NCBI GenBank assembly: GCA_045863335.1
Contig: BTVY01000001.1
Coordinates: 104,671 to 168,670 of the forward strand
Reading direction: 5' to 3'
DNA: 64,000 bases
Origin: Candidatus Hydrogenedentota bacterium
GTDB lineage: Bacteria > Hydrogenedentota > Hydrogenedentia > Hydrogenedentales > SLHB01
In this document: positions 26,264-36,040 of the stretch, piece after piece
How positions within the stretch are numbered: the stretch's first letter is position 1
Layout of the letters: each line of letters opens with the position of its first letter
Made by a program: the position numbers and the translations under genes
Notes under the pieces: generated by a model
Seen by the model: only the letters and a program-made list of their open reading frames with translations
What the model was told of the DNA's origin: nothing
Database searches by the model: none

Positions 26264-26746
26264 ATGCTTGCAATGAAAGTCGAACACATTAACCCGTTTA
26301 TTGAGGCTGTATATGACCTGTTTCAGACCATGCTGGAAGGGAAGGTGTCTCGAGGAGAGATCGGCGTGTGCGCCGGATCCAAGAATCCGCGGGATATCAT
26401 GGCGATCATCGGCATGAGTGGGCCCACGCGCGGCACGGTTGCCTTGTCATTTCCGACGACGACCGCGCTTGCCATGGTCGGCAAGCTATTGGGACAAAAC
26501 GTAACCATCATTGACGAAACAGTTTCGGATGGTATCGCGGAACTGGTAAATATTGTGGCCGGCAGCGCCAAGGCCAAGCTGGTGAAGGATGACGAGGCCC
26601 CGATGGATCTGAGCCTGCCGACAGTGGTTCGTGGCAACAACTATAGCGTAGAGTACCCGTCGCAAGCGGTCTGGCTGGAGGTACCTTTCAGCAGTTCGCT
26701 TGGCGCGTTCAGTCTACGTGTGACATTCGAACAGAACCCGAACTAG
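26264..26746 (+). CDS. cheX: CheY-P phosphatase CheX
   Basis: HINPFIEA, DGIAELVNIVAGSAK and LSLPTVVRG. Confidence 0.9.
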   Translation: MLAMKVEHINPFIEAVYDLFQTMLEGKVSRGEIGVCAGSKNPRDIMAIIGMSGPTRGTVALSFPTTTALAMVGKLLGQNVTIIDETVSDGIAELVNIVAGSAKAKLVKDDEAPMDLSLPTVVRGNNYSVEYPSQAVWLEVPFSSSLGAFSLRVTFEQNPN

Positions 26747-26758
26747 AGGGGGCAAGGC

Positions 26759-27127
26759 ATGAAGGCATTGGTGGTGGACGACTCGGCAGTCATGCGGAAA
26801 GTGCTGATCGGGGCGTTGGGCCGGGCGAACATCGAGGATGTGGACCAGGCCGCGGACGGAAAAGAAGCCGTGGATGCGGTACAGGCGAACGAGTACGGCT
26901 TGGTATTGATGGACTGGAACATGCCCAACATGCTCGGCATCGATGCGGTGAAGGCGATCCGGCAACTCGGGAAGACCATGCCAATTATCATGGTTACCAC
27001 GGAAGCGGAAAAAAGCCGCGTGATTGAAGCGCTGAAGTCCGGGGCGAACAATTACATCATCAAGCCCTTCGAACCGGCGACAATCGTGGCGAAGATTCAG
27101 GAAGTTCTGGGGAAGGCTTCAGGCTGA
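26759..27127 (+). CDS. cheY: Single-domain response regulator CheY
   Basis: LVVDDS, MDWNMP, MVTTE and YIIKPF. Confidence 0.92.
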   Translation: MKALVVDDSAVMRKVLIGALGRANIEDVDQAADGKEAVDAVQANEYGLVLMDWNMPNMLGIDAVKAIRQLGKTMPIIMVTTEAEKSRVIEALKSGANNYIIKPFEPATIVAKIQEVLGKASG

Positions 27128-27179
27128 AACATCGTGACGCATCCAGATTCACGTTGTCCGGAGATGAGAACGAATACGC

Positions 27180-27665
27180 ATGACCCTGATTCGCAGTTCC
27201 ACATACTACGTGGAGCCTGGATATGTGTACTTTAGCCGGCGCGCAACGCTGCTCCGAGCCGTAGTGGGCAGTTGTGTCGCCGTGTGCCTGTGGGACGAGC
27301 GCAAGCGGGTCGGGGGAATGAATCACTTCTTGATGCCGGCCGTGTCCGATCGGGAGAATGCGACGCCGCGGTTTGGCAACGTTGCGGTTGCCGCCCTGGT
27401 GAAGATCATGGAGGAGGCGGGATCGCGGCGCAGCGATCTGGTGGCACAGATACTCGGGGGCGGAGCTCCGGCCGGGGCCGCGCATCCGAGTCTGGGCGAG
27501 CGCAACGTGCGGGCCGCGCGCGACGCCCTGACCCGCAAAGGGATTCGAATCATCTCGGAGGATATTGGTGGCACGGTGGGGCGAAAGATCGTCTTTGATA
27601 CGTCGAACGGGGAACTTGCCGTCCTTAAGGTACACCAGATCCGGGAGAGCGACTGGTATGCGTGA
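27180..27665 (+). CDS. cheD: Chemoreceptor glutamine deamidase CheD (copy 1)
   Basis: GSCVAVCLWD...GGMNHFLMP, LGERNV and EDIGG. Confidence 0.9.
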   Translation: MTLIRSSTYYVEPGYVYFSRRATLLRAVVGSCVAVCLWDERKRVGGMNHFLMPAVSDRENATPRFGNVAVAALVKIMEEAGSRRSDLVAQILGGGAPAGAAHPSLGERNVRAARDALTRKGIRIISEDIGGTVGRKIVFDTSNGELAVLKVHQIRESDWYA

Positions 27666-27686
27666 GCCGCGGTTCGGAACGGAATA

Positions 27687-28487
27687 ATGAATCGCCGTAC
27701 TTTTGAACGATTCCGGGAACTGGTCTACGAGAAGAGCGGCATTTCTCTGGGCGACCAGAAAGAGGCCCTCGTGTCGGCCCGCGTGGGAAAGCGGATGCGG
27801 GCATTGGACATCGCGGATTTCGACGCGTACTTTGACTACGTGGTGCGGGACGAGAGCGGCCAGGAGTTGGTCGAACTTATCGATGCGATTTCGACCAACG
27901 TTACGAGCTTTTACCGGGAGGCGCAGCACTTTGAGTTGCTGACCTCGCTCCTGACGAAGTGGAAGGAATCGGGGCAACGGCGATTTCGGATATGGTCAGC
28001 CGCAAGTTCGACCGGAGAGGAACCCTACACGATCGCGATAACCGTAGCGGAATGCCTAAGCGAAAGCGGCATGGATGTGAAGATCCTGGCCACGGATATC
28101 TCGACGCGCGTGTTGGCGAAGTGTCAACTTGGCGTCTATGATGCGCAAAAGGTGGAGAACGTTCCGGCCGCGCTTCGGGATCGGTATTTCGATCGCATCC
28201 AGGAAAACCGGCAGACCCTGTACTGCGCGAAAGACCGGCTCAAGCGGCTCTTGATGTTCCGGCGTTTGAACCTGGCGACTCCCCCCTTCCCCATGCGGGG
28301 GCCGCTGGATGTCGTATTCTGCCGTAACGTGATGATCTACTTCGACAATCATGTACGAAGCCGTCTTCTCGAAGAGATTTACCGGCTATTGAAGCCCGGG
28401 GGATATCTGATGGTCGGCCACGCGGAAAGCCTGACCGGGCTGGTAAGTGCGTTCAAGACGGTCCGGCCGTCCGTGTATATTAAGTGA
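27687..28487 (+). CDS. cheR: Chemoreceptor methyltransferase CheR
   Basis: STNVTSFYRE, IWSAASSTGEEPY, ATDIS and FCRNVMIYF. Confidence 0.96.
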   Translation: MNRRTFERFRELVYEKSGISLGDQKEALVSARVGKRMRALDIADFDAYFDYVVRDESGQELVELIDAISTNVTSFYREAQHFELLTSLLTKWKESGQRRFRIWSAASSTGEEPYTIAITVAECLSESGMDVKILATDISTRVLAKCQLGVYDAQKVENVPAALRDRYFDRIQENRQTLYCAKDRLKRLLMFRRLNLATPPFPMRGPLDVVFCRNVMIYFDNHVRSRLLEEIYRLLKPGGYLMVGHAESLTGLVSAFKTVRPSVYIK

Positions 28488-28539
28488 CGGAAAATCGTGG
28501 ATTTGATATGACGCTACGCGTTTCGGAGTCCATATCGAC

Positions 28540-29016
28540 GTGAAGAAGACTGTCGGCATATCGGAGATGTTAGTATCCCGGCAGGCGGAAGACGTCCTCG
28601 TGACTTATTCCCTTGGTTCCTGCGTGGGAGTCGCCGTGTACGACCCCGAGATCCAGGTCGGGGGACTAATCCATTGTATGCTGCCGTTGTCCCGCCTTGA
28701 CCCGGAACGAGCCAAACGTACGCCCGAGATGTTTACTGACACGGGTGTTCCCGCCTTGCTGAAAGCGGTCCTCGATCTGGGAGCCAGCCGCAAGCGGTTG
28801 GTGGTTCGCGTAGCCGGGGGCGCCGCGCCGCTGTCCGACAATGGCGTGTTCAAGATTGGCGAGCGAAACTACACGGTGCTTCGCAAGGTATTATGGAAGA
28901 ATGACATTCTGATCGCCGGAGAATCGGTCGGGGGGACCGTTGCCCGCACGATGACGTTGTATATGGACACGGGGCGAACCACGGTACGCACGGGAGGCGT
29001 GGAGCAGGAGCTGTGA
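28540..29016 (+). CDS. cheD: CheD (copy 2)
   Basis: TYSLGSCVGV...GGLIHCMLP and IGERN. Confidence 0.9.
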   Translation: MKKTVGISEMLVSRQAEDVLVTYSLGSCVGVAVYDPEIQVGGLIHCMLPLSRLDPERAKRTPEMFTDTGVPALLKAVLDLGASRKRLVVRVAGGAAPLSDNGVFKIGERNYTVLRKVLWKNDILIAGESVGGTVARTMTLYMDTGRTTVRTGGVEQEL

Positions 29017-29861
29017 GCAAGCGAAACGACATCCTCGAAAGTGTCCGAAAAGTCCCTTCGTTGCCGGTGACGACGGCGCGGGTGCTGGCCCTGGTGCAGA
29101 ACCCTCACACGTCGGTCGCCGCGCTGCAGCAAGAGGTGGAACTCAATCCGGGGTTGGCTTCCAACATTCTTCGGTTGGCGAACTCTGCCTATTTCCGGGG
29201 CGCTCACCCGATTGCATCCGTGCGGGACGCGCTCGTCCGGCTGGGCATGAAACGGGTCGCGCAGTTAGTGCTGACCACGTCGGTCGAACCGTTAACCCGG
29301 CCTGCGGTGAGCGGATACGGGCTGCAAAGCGGCGGGCTTTTTCGCCATTCCGCGGCGACGGCCATGGCGGCGGAGCAACTGGCGGGAGTGCTTGGCATGG
29401 AACCGCCGGACCATCTGTACACGGCCGGGCTGCTGCACGACCTGGGGAAGATCGTGATGGGGACGTTTCTGGAGATCGATGCGGAACCCATCCTGAAGCT
29501 GGCATTCGATGAAGGCCTCTCGTTTGAGCGCGCGGAACGCCGAATCCTGGGCGTGGACCACGCGGAGGTTGGCGCGACCCTGTTGGCGACGTGGGAGATT
29601 CCTTCCAGTGTCGTGGATGTCGTACGCTGGCACCATGAACCGGAGCAGTTCCCCGGAGATGATAAGACGGTCGTCGACGTGGTCCACGTGGCGGACCACA
29701 TGTCGCGGCTGAGTGGCACTTCGGCTGAGGCGGACGGACTTAATTACGAGCTTTCCGCGGCGTCGGTAGAACGGCTTGGGATCACTCCGGCGATTACCGA
29801 GCGTGTGATTGACGAAGTGCTGCGCACGTTGGATGAAATCTGCACATCGGCACGAGACTAA
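29013..29861 (+). CDS. HDOD-domain protein
   Basis: PSLP, ILRLANSAYF, AGLLHDLGK, DHAEVG and HHEP. Confidence 0.92.
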   Translation: MSKRNDILESVRKVPSLPVTTARVLALVQNPHTSVAALQQEVELNPGLASNILRLANSAYFRGAHPIASVRDALVRLGMKRVAQLVLTTSVEPLTRPAVSGYGLQSGGLFRHSAATAMAAEQLAGVLGMEPPDHLYTAGLLHDLGKIVMGTFLEIDAEPILKLAFDEGLSFERAERRILGVDHAEVGATLLATWEIPSSVVDVVRWHHEPEQFPGDDKTVVDVVHVADHMSRLSGTSAEADGLNYELSAASVERLGITPAITERVIDEVLRTLDEICTSARD

Positions 29862-29874
29862 GGGGAGTTGACGG

Positions 29875-30261
29875 ATGGCCCTGAACATTCTGGTAGTCGA
29901 CGACTCGGAGACCGTTCGGTCCATAATTCTAAAGACATTGACCTTGTCGGGTCTCGAACTCAACGATTCGCTCCAGGCCTCGAACGGCAAGGAAGCGCTG
30001 GCACTCCTGCGGGACAATTGGGTCGACCTGGTCTTGACGGATATTAACATGCCGGACATGGGCGGCGTGGAACTCATCGAGCATATGAAGAAAGACGAGG
30101 TGCTCAAAACAATTCCCGTTGTGGTGGTTTCGACCGAGGGCAGCGCAACGCGGATTGAGGAATTGAAGAAAAAAGGAGTGCGGGCGTATATCCGCAAGCC
30201 ATTCACGCCGGAGAAAATCCGGGAGGTATTAGACGACGTATTGGGGACCGGCCATGACTGA
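29875..30261 (+). CDS. cheY: Second CheY-like response regulator
   Basis: ILVVDDS, TDINMP, VVSTEGS and YIRKPF. Confidence 0.88.
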   Translation: MALNILVVDDSETVRSIILKTLTLSGLELNDSLQASNGKEALALLRDNWVDLVLTDINMPDMGGVELIEHMKKDEVLKTIPVVVVSTEGSATRIEELKKKGVRAYIRKPFTPEKIREVLDDVLGTGHD

Positions 30262-30721
30262 AGATCGCAAGAACATCCTGACGCGGGTGTTCACGGACAT
30301 CCTGGAGCAGATGGCATTCATGTTCGGCGACAAGGCGTCTCCGGACGATTTTCGAGAGACTACAGAGCCAATGCTACAGGCCCAAATGACCTACCGGGGC
30401 AACCTGCGCGGATCGCTGTCGCTGGCGGTTCCCGAAGCCATGTGCCCCGAGCTGGCCGCCAATCTTCTCGGGACCGAACCGGAAGAGGCCGGGGAACGTC
30501 ACATCTATATCGATGCGCTCAAGGAATTGCTGAATGTGACGTGCGGCAATGTCCTCACGGCAATGGCCGGAGAGGAGCCGGTTTTCGATTTGACCGTGCC
30601 GGAAGTTACGGAGCTGTCGGACGCCATGCGCGAAACGATGTTGAATGACGAAACGACCGTCTATCTTCTGGTGGACGAGTATCCGGCCGCGCTACGGCTC
30701 ACGGTCGAAGATACGGCGTAA
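30254..30721 (+). CDS. CheX/CheC-like protein
   Basis: LEQMAFMF, DALKELLNVTCGNVL and FDLTVP. Confidence 0.8.
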   Translation: MTEDRKNILTRVFTDILEQMAFMFGDKASPDDFRETTEPMLQAQMTYRGNLRGSLSLAVPEAMCPELAANLLGTEPEEAGERHIYIDALKELLNVTCGNVLTAMAGEEPVFDLTVPEVTELSDAMRETMLNDETTVYLLVDEYPAALRLTVEDTA

Positions 30722-30771
30722 AGCGCAATCGTAGGGGTTCACCCGGCGGATGTTGCCAGGGGTTTGGCTAG

Positions 30772-31842
<1,071 letters not shown>

Positions 31843-31865
31843 GCGCAGGGTCGCGGGCGAGTCGC

Positions 31866-32333
31866 CTATTCCCGGACAAGGTCGGGCGGTACCGCCCACA
31901 ATATCCGCCACGCCCCGGCGGTGTCGCGTTCCAGTGCTACGATCCCTCCGCGCTGAAAGGCTACAACTTCCTGCTTGTCGCTTCCGGTCAGGAGCACGCT
32001 GGCCAAACGAGACAAATGCGGCATGTGACCGGCGATGGCCAAATCGCGTTCGTGCGATTCCAAAACCCGAGCGATAGTTGTTGCGTCATCGTTTGGTTTG
32101 AGCCCTGTCTCCTCGACCGGCCTGCAACCGGGCGCGATCTGTTCGGCAACCAGCCGGGCGGTTTGCGCGGCCCGCGTCTTGCCGCTATGCCACACTCCGT
32201 CGACGGTGACGCCGCTGCATTTCACGAATCGCGCCACGCGCCGCACGCATTCGACTCCGGAAGCGGCAAGGGGTCTGTCGGGGTCCATTTCTTTGTCCAC
32301 GGCTTCGCCGTGTTGAATGAGCAGGAGTTTCAT
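31866..32333 (-). CDS. sixA: Phosphohistidine phosphatase SixA
   Basis: LLIQHGEA (variant of the RHG motif), DRPL, HSGKTRAAQTA and AGHMPHL. Confidence 0.85.
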   Translation of the reverse strand: MKLLLIQHGEAVDKEMDPDRPLAASGVECVRRVARFVKCSGVTVDGVWHSGKTRAAQTARLVAEQIAPGCRPVEETGLKPNDDATTIARVLESHERDLAIAGHMPHLSRLASVLLTGSDKQEVVAFQRGGIVALERDTAGAWRILWAVPPDLVRE

Positions 32334-32420
32334 GTCCGGCACCTTCCTTCACGCCTGATTCGCCTGTATTAATCACGGTTGCTATAGTATACCCTCCTGT
32401 CAGCAGCGGCCAAAGGGGAG

Positions 32421-33908
32421 ATGCGGATGGCGACGTATGAATCGTACGGATTGGCTCCTGAACTGGACGGAGCGCTGGATTGGATTAACTGCGACGCGCC
32501 CTTGCGCCTAGCCGATCTGCGCGGCAAGATCGTGCTCATCGATTTCTGGACGTCCTGCTGCGTGAATTGCATGCATGTGCTCTCCGATCTGGAGTATTTG
32601 GAAAGAAAGTACCCAAATCAGCTCATCGTAGTCGGAGTTCACGCCGGAAAATTTGAGAACGAGCGGCACACGGAGAACCTGCGGCACGCCGTCCTCCGCA
32701 ATCGCATCACGCACCCCGTCGCGAACGACGGGGAGTACCGGATCTGGAAAGCGTACGGAGCGCAGGCGTGGCCGACGTTGTGCCTCATCGATCCGGCTGG
32801 CGAAGTGGTTGTTGCCTTTTCCGGCGAGGGGCATCGAGATGAGCTGGAAGAGGCCATCGAGAACCTCATCAGCTATCACCGGGCGCAGGAGACGCTTGAC
32901 GAAACACCTCTGATTTTTGGTACGCGAGAAGCTATGCCCAACACGACTTCGCTGCTTTTCCCTGGCAAGGTTCTCGCAGACGCGGAGGGCGGTCGCCTGT
33001 TCATTGCGGATACGAACCATCATCGGATTCTGATCTGCAATTTCGATGGCCAGGTGAAGGATTGTGTTGGAGTTTGTGATCGTGGATTTGAGGACGGATC
33101 GTTTGAGGAAGCGCGATTACACCGGCCCCAGGGAATGGCGATTCGTGACAACGTACTTTACGTGGCGGATACGGAGAACCACGCAATCCGGGCGGTGCAC
33201 TTGGCCGCTCGGCGAGTCTCGACCTTCGGGGGGACGGGCGTCCAAGGGGACTTTCGATCCATGTCCGGGGGACCGGATGCGCTTCTGAGTTCCCCGTGGG
33301 ACGTAGCGATTGACGACAACATCCTTTATGTGGCCATGGCGGGGTCGCATCAGATCTGGCGTGCGGCGGTGGAAACGCGCAACTTTCGATTGTTCGCCGG
33401 GTCCGGCGTCGAGAACATCGTCGACGGCCCGGGCCCGTCGGCGCAACTGGCGCAACCGAGCGGACTGGCGCTGGCCGGGCAGTATCTGTATTTTGCCGAC
33501 AGCGAGGTCAGCGCGATCCGCCGCTGCAACCTTCGCGCGTCCGGCGAGGTGGAAACGCTTGTCGGATCGGGGCTTTTCGAGTTCGGCGACCGCGTCGGCC
33601 CGGCGCGAACCGCGCGATTGCAGCATCCACTGGGGGTGTGTTGGCACGACGGCAAACTGTTCATCGCCGATACCTTCAACCACCGCGTTAAGATCTTCTT
33701 CCCCGCAGACCGGACGGTCGACAACTTTGCCGGCACTGGAAAACCGATGGCCGGCGAGGGGTTGGACGCAGGATTTAACGAACCCTCCGGTCTGACGGTA
33801 TGCGATGGGAGGCTGTACGTGGCGGATACAAACAACCACCGCATTGCGACAGTGGACTTGGAAACGCGAGCGATCGCAACGTTCCCGCTGCAGTTTCCGC
33901 AGTCGTAG
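32421..33908 (+). CDS. Thioredoxin-like plus NHL-repeat protein (NHLRC2/SOQ1-like)
   Basis: DFWTSCCVNCMH and repeated LFIADTNHHRI / LYVADTENHAIR NHL units. Confidence 0.9.
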   Translation: MRMATYESYGLAPELDGALDWINCDAPLRLADLRGKIVLIDFWTSCCVNCMHVLSDLEYLERKYPNQLIVVGVHAGKFENERHTENLRHAVLRNRITHPVANDGEYRIWKAYGAQAWPTLCLIDPAGEVVVAFSGEGHRDELEEAIENLISYHRAQETLDETPLIFGTREAMPNTTSLLFPGKVLADAEGGRLFIADTNHHRILICNFDGQVKDCVGVCDRGFEDGSFEEARLHRPQGMAIRDNVLYVADTENHAIRAVHLAARRVSTFGGTGVQGDFRSMSGGPDALLSSPWDVAIDDNILYVAMAGSHQIWRAAVETRNFRLFAGSGVENIVDGPGPSAQLAQPSGLALAGQYLYFADSEVSAIRRCNLRASGEVETLVGSGLFEFGDRVGPARTARLQHPLGVCWHDGKLFIADTFNHRVKIFFPADRTVDNFAGTGKPMAGEGLDAGFNEPSGLTVCDGRLYVADTNNHRIATVDLETRAIATFPLQFPQS

Positions 33909-33912
33909 CGTC

Positions 33913-34320
33913 TCAGCGCGAGTCCACGGCTTCGCGCATCCGCTCGGTCCGAATGCCGTGGTGGGAAGCAGTCCACGCACACTGCCCGTCGCGAACCAGA
34001 ATCACTTGGGGCGATTTGTGGGCAACCCCCAGTACCTCCGCAATCTTATTCGAGACGGGACGCTCTTCGATTACTTTGACCAGATACACTTCCGGATCTT
34101 CGGCGCCTGTGGCTGTGGCGTATTCCGCAACCTCTCGATAGGCTGCGGCGGAGATGGGGCAGGCCGTAGAGTGCTTGAAGATGAACAGGGGCCGTTCGCT
34201 GGACGCGCTCAGGCACGCGTCGAGCGATTCGAAGGTATCAAGTGGTTTCACGTTGGTTTCCTCAAGCGATGGGCCGGAACCCTCGCCTAATGCACGTAGT
34301 ATGTTTCGAATGATGCGCAT
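33913..34320 (-). CDS. ytxJ: Monothiol bacilliredoxin YtxJ/BrxC-like protein (DUF2847)
   Basis: FIFKHSTACPIS, RPVSNKIAE..GVAHKSPQ and ASH. Start uncertain. Confidence 0.85.
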   Translation of the reverse strand: MRIIRNILRALGEGSGPSLEETNVKPLDTFESLDACLSASSERPLFIFKHSTACPISAAAYREVAEYATATGAEDPEVYLVKVIEERPVSNKIAEVLGVAHKSPQVILVRDGQCAWTASHHGIRTERMREAVDSR

Positions 34321-34338
34321 TGTAGCATCCGCAGCGAA

Positions 34339-35745
34339 TCAGAACAGCAACACTTCGATTCGCTCTTTGTTGGCGATGCCGGGATGATAGATGACGATAT
34401 CCTCGGCCTTATTACCGTCGAGGTTGTGTGCCTTGGCAATCCCGAAGGAAGGAACCTCGACGGTGAGGTACGGCTTCGACGCAATAAACTCGCTGCCGCC
34501 GCCGGCCTGAAGATGCAACTTGTTCGATCCCGCGCCAAAAGCCGCGTCGGTGTTGCCGTCGCCATTGAAGTCGCCCAGGCAGTAGGCCGCCTGCTCCTTC
34601 CCTTCCGGGGCTTCAATGGAGACGCTCGCGGTGAAATTCGGCTTCGCGGGGAAGCCTTTTCCATCGAACAAGTAGATTTCGAGATCGACACCGAGCTTCT
34701 TCCACACGAATAGGTTGACGAAGAACTTGACGCCGAACGGGATGTTGACGAAGACGATGTCCTCCATCGTGTCGCCGTTCACGTCCTTAAGGATGGGCGC
34801 CGCGAAGGACCCACTGGACTCGAAGGTCGCGGTCGGCGTGTCGGAGTAGGTCATCGGGCCGGTGGCGAGATAGACCTGAGTAAGCGCCTTAAGATTGATT
34901 GTGCCTTGAGTCTGGGTGACGATCAGGTCGGGCATGCCGTTCCCGTCGATGTCCTTCATGTTGGAACTGGTGTCCCATTTCTCATCGAGATCGATGGGAA
35001 TGCGAAACCGCTTGTGTTCCGTCCAGTTGTCTCCGTAGGCGAAGTCGGCATACTCGTCGCTCAGAAACGCGATCCCTTTTCGAGGAGACTCGCCCTGCGC
35101 GAAGGTGGCGTAGGCCGGGTACCGATTGCTGATGGAAATACCGGAACCGGTGCGAATCGTGCTGTTCACATCGCAGCGAATGTTGGCGAGGAGGCCATCT
35201 GCGTTCCGTACGGCGAACCCGGAAGGCATCGGCACGAACCACTCGTCGATGCCGTCGCCGTCGAGGTCGGCGGCGGCGTCCTTCAGAAACCCGGGTTCCC
35301 GGGAACCGCTGGGGAACAGCGACACGAAAGGAACTTCGCGCACGGGCACCAGCTTACCGTCCCAGAAGCCATACGCGGTTACACCCTCAGCATCGGCCGC
35401 CAGAATTTCTTTCGGAGCGGCACCATCGATCTCTGCCTCGAACAGCACGCCGACGGTTGGATTCAAAACGGTTTGAATGTTGGGCTTGGCCGGGTATCCC
35501 CCACTCTCGTCACTCAAGAAGGTGGCAATGAATTTATTGAGGGGTTCCGAATCCTCATCGCAACACAAGGCGACGACGTCGCTGCGTCCGTCGCCGTTCA
35601 CGTCCATCGTGGCGACATCCCAGACGCTTACGCCGGCGTGCAAGGCGAATTGGCGCGGTTGCTCGGCCGCTAGCGCAGCGGAAGAGAACGCGAGGAGTAG
35701 CGTGATTCCCATGAAAGTACATCCGTGATGCAGGCGATGTGCCAT
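34339..35745 (-). CDS. Secreted FG-GAP/VCBS-repeat beta-propeller protein
   Basis: Repeats DVNGDGRSDVV, DLDGDGIDE, DIDGNGMPDLIV and DFNGDGNTD, plus a signal peptide. Start uncertain (35712 or 35745). Confidence 0.85.
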   Translation of the reverse strand: MAHRLHHGCTFMGITLLLAFSSAALAAEQPRQFALHAGVSVWDVATMDVNGDGRSDVVALCCDEDSEPLNKFIATFLSDESGGYPAKPNIQTVLNPTVGVLFEAEIDGAAPKEILAADAEGVTAYGFWDGKLVPVREVPFVSLFPSGSREPGFLKDAAADLDGDGIDEWFVPMPSGFAVRNADGLLANIRCDVNSTIRTGSGISISNRYPAYATFAQGESPRKGIAFLSDEYADFAYGDNWTEHKRFRIPIDLDEKWDTSSNMKDIDGNGMPDLIVTQTQGTINLKALTQVYLATGPMTYSDTPTATFESSGSFAAPILKDVNGDTMEDIVFVNIPFGVKFFVNLFVWKKLGVDLEIYLFDGKGFPAKPNFTASVSIEAPEGKEQAAYCLGDFNGDGNTDAAFGAGSNKLHLQAGGGSEFIASKPYLTVEVPSFGIAKAHNLDGNKAEDIVIYHPGIANKERIEVLLF

Positions 35746-36040
35746 TAGAAACACAGTTCGAATGCGTTGATCGGAAAGTTCGTCGCTATCGGGCGGTCCC
35801 AAGACGATCTGCCGGCCGACGTATGAAAGTTTAGACCGAGCAACGGGCCACGCCGTTTCATTGACGATATCGCGGCGGGTCATGACTGGTCAAGTTGGGC
35901 CTGTTCTGTCGGTTGAATCTGGACGAGAACGTCGGCGAAATCTTCACAAACAGATCGAAACCGTTAACCCCATGGAAGTGTGAATTCGATGTCCGCCACG
36001 CCGTACAATTCGCGGGGGTCCCGTCTGAAAGGAGTTCGAC

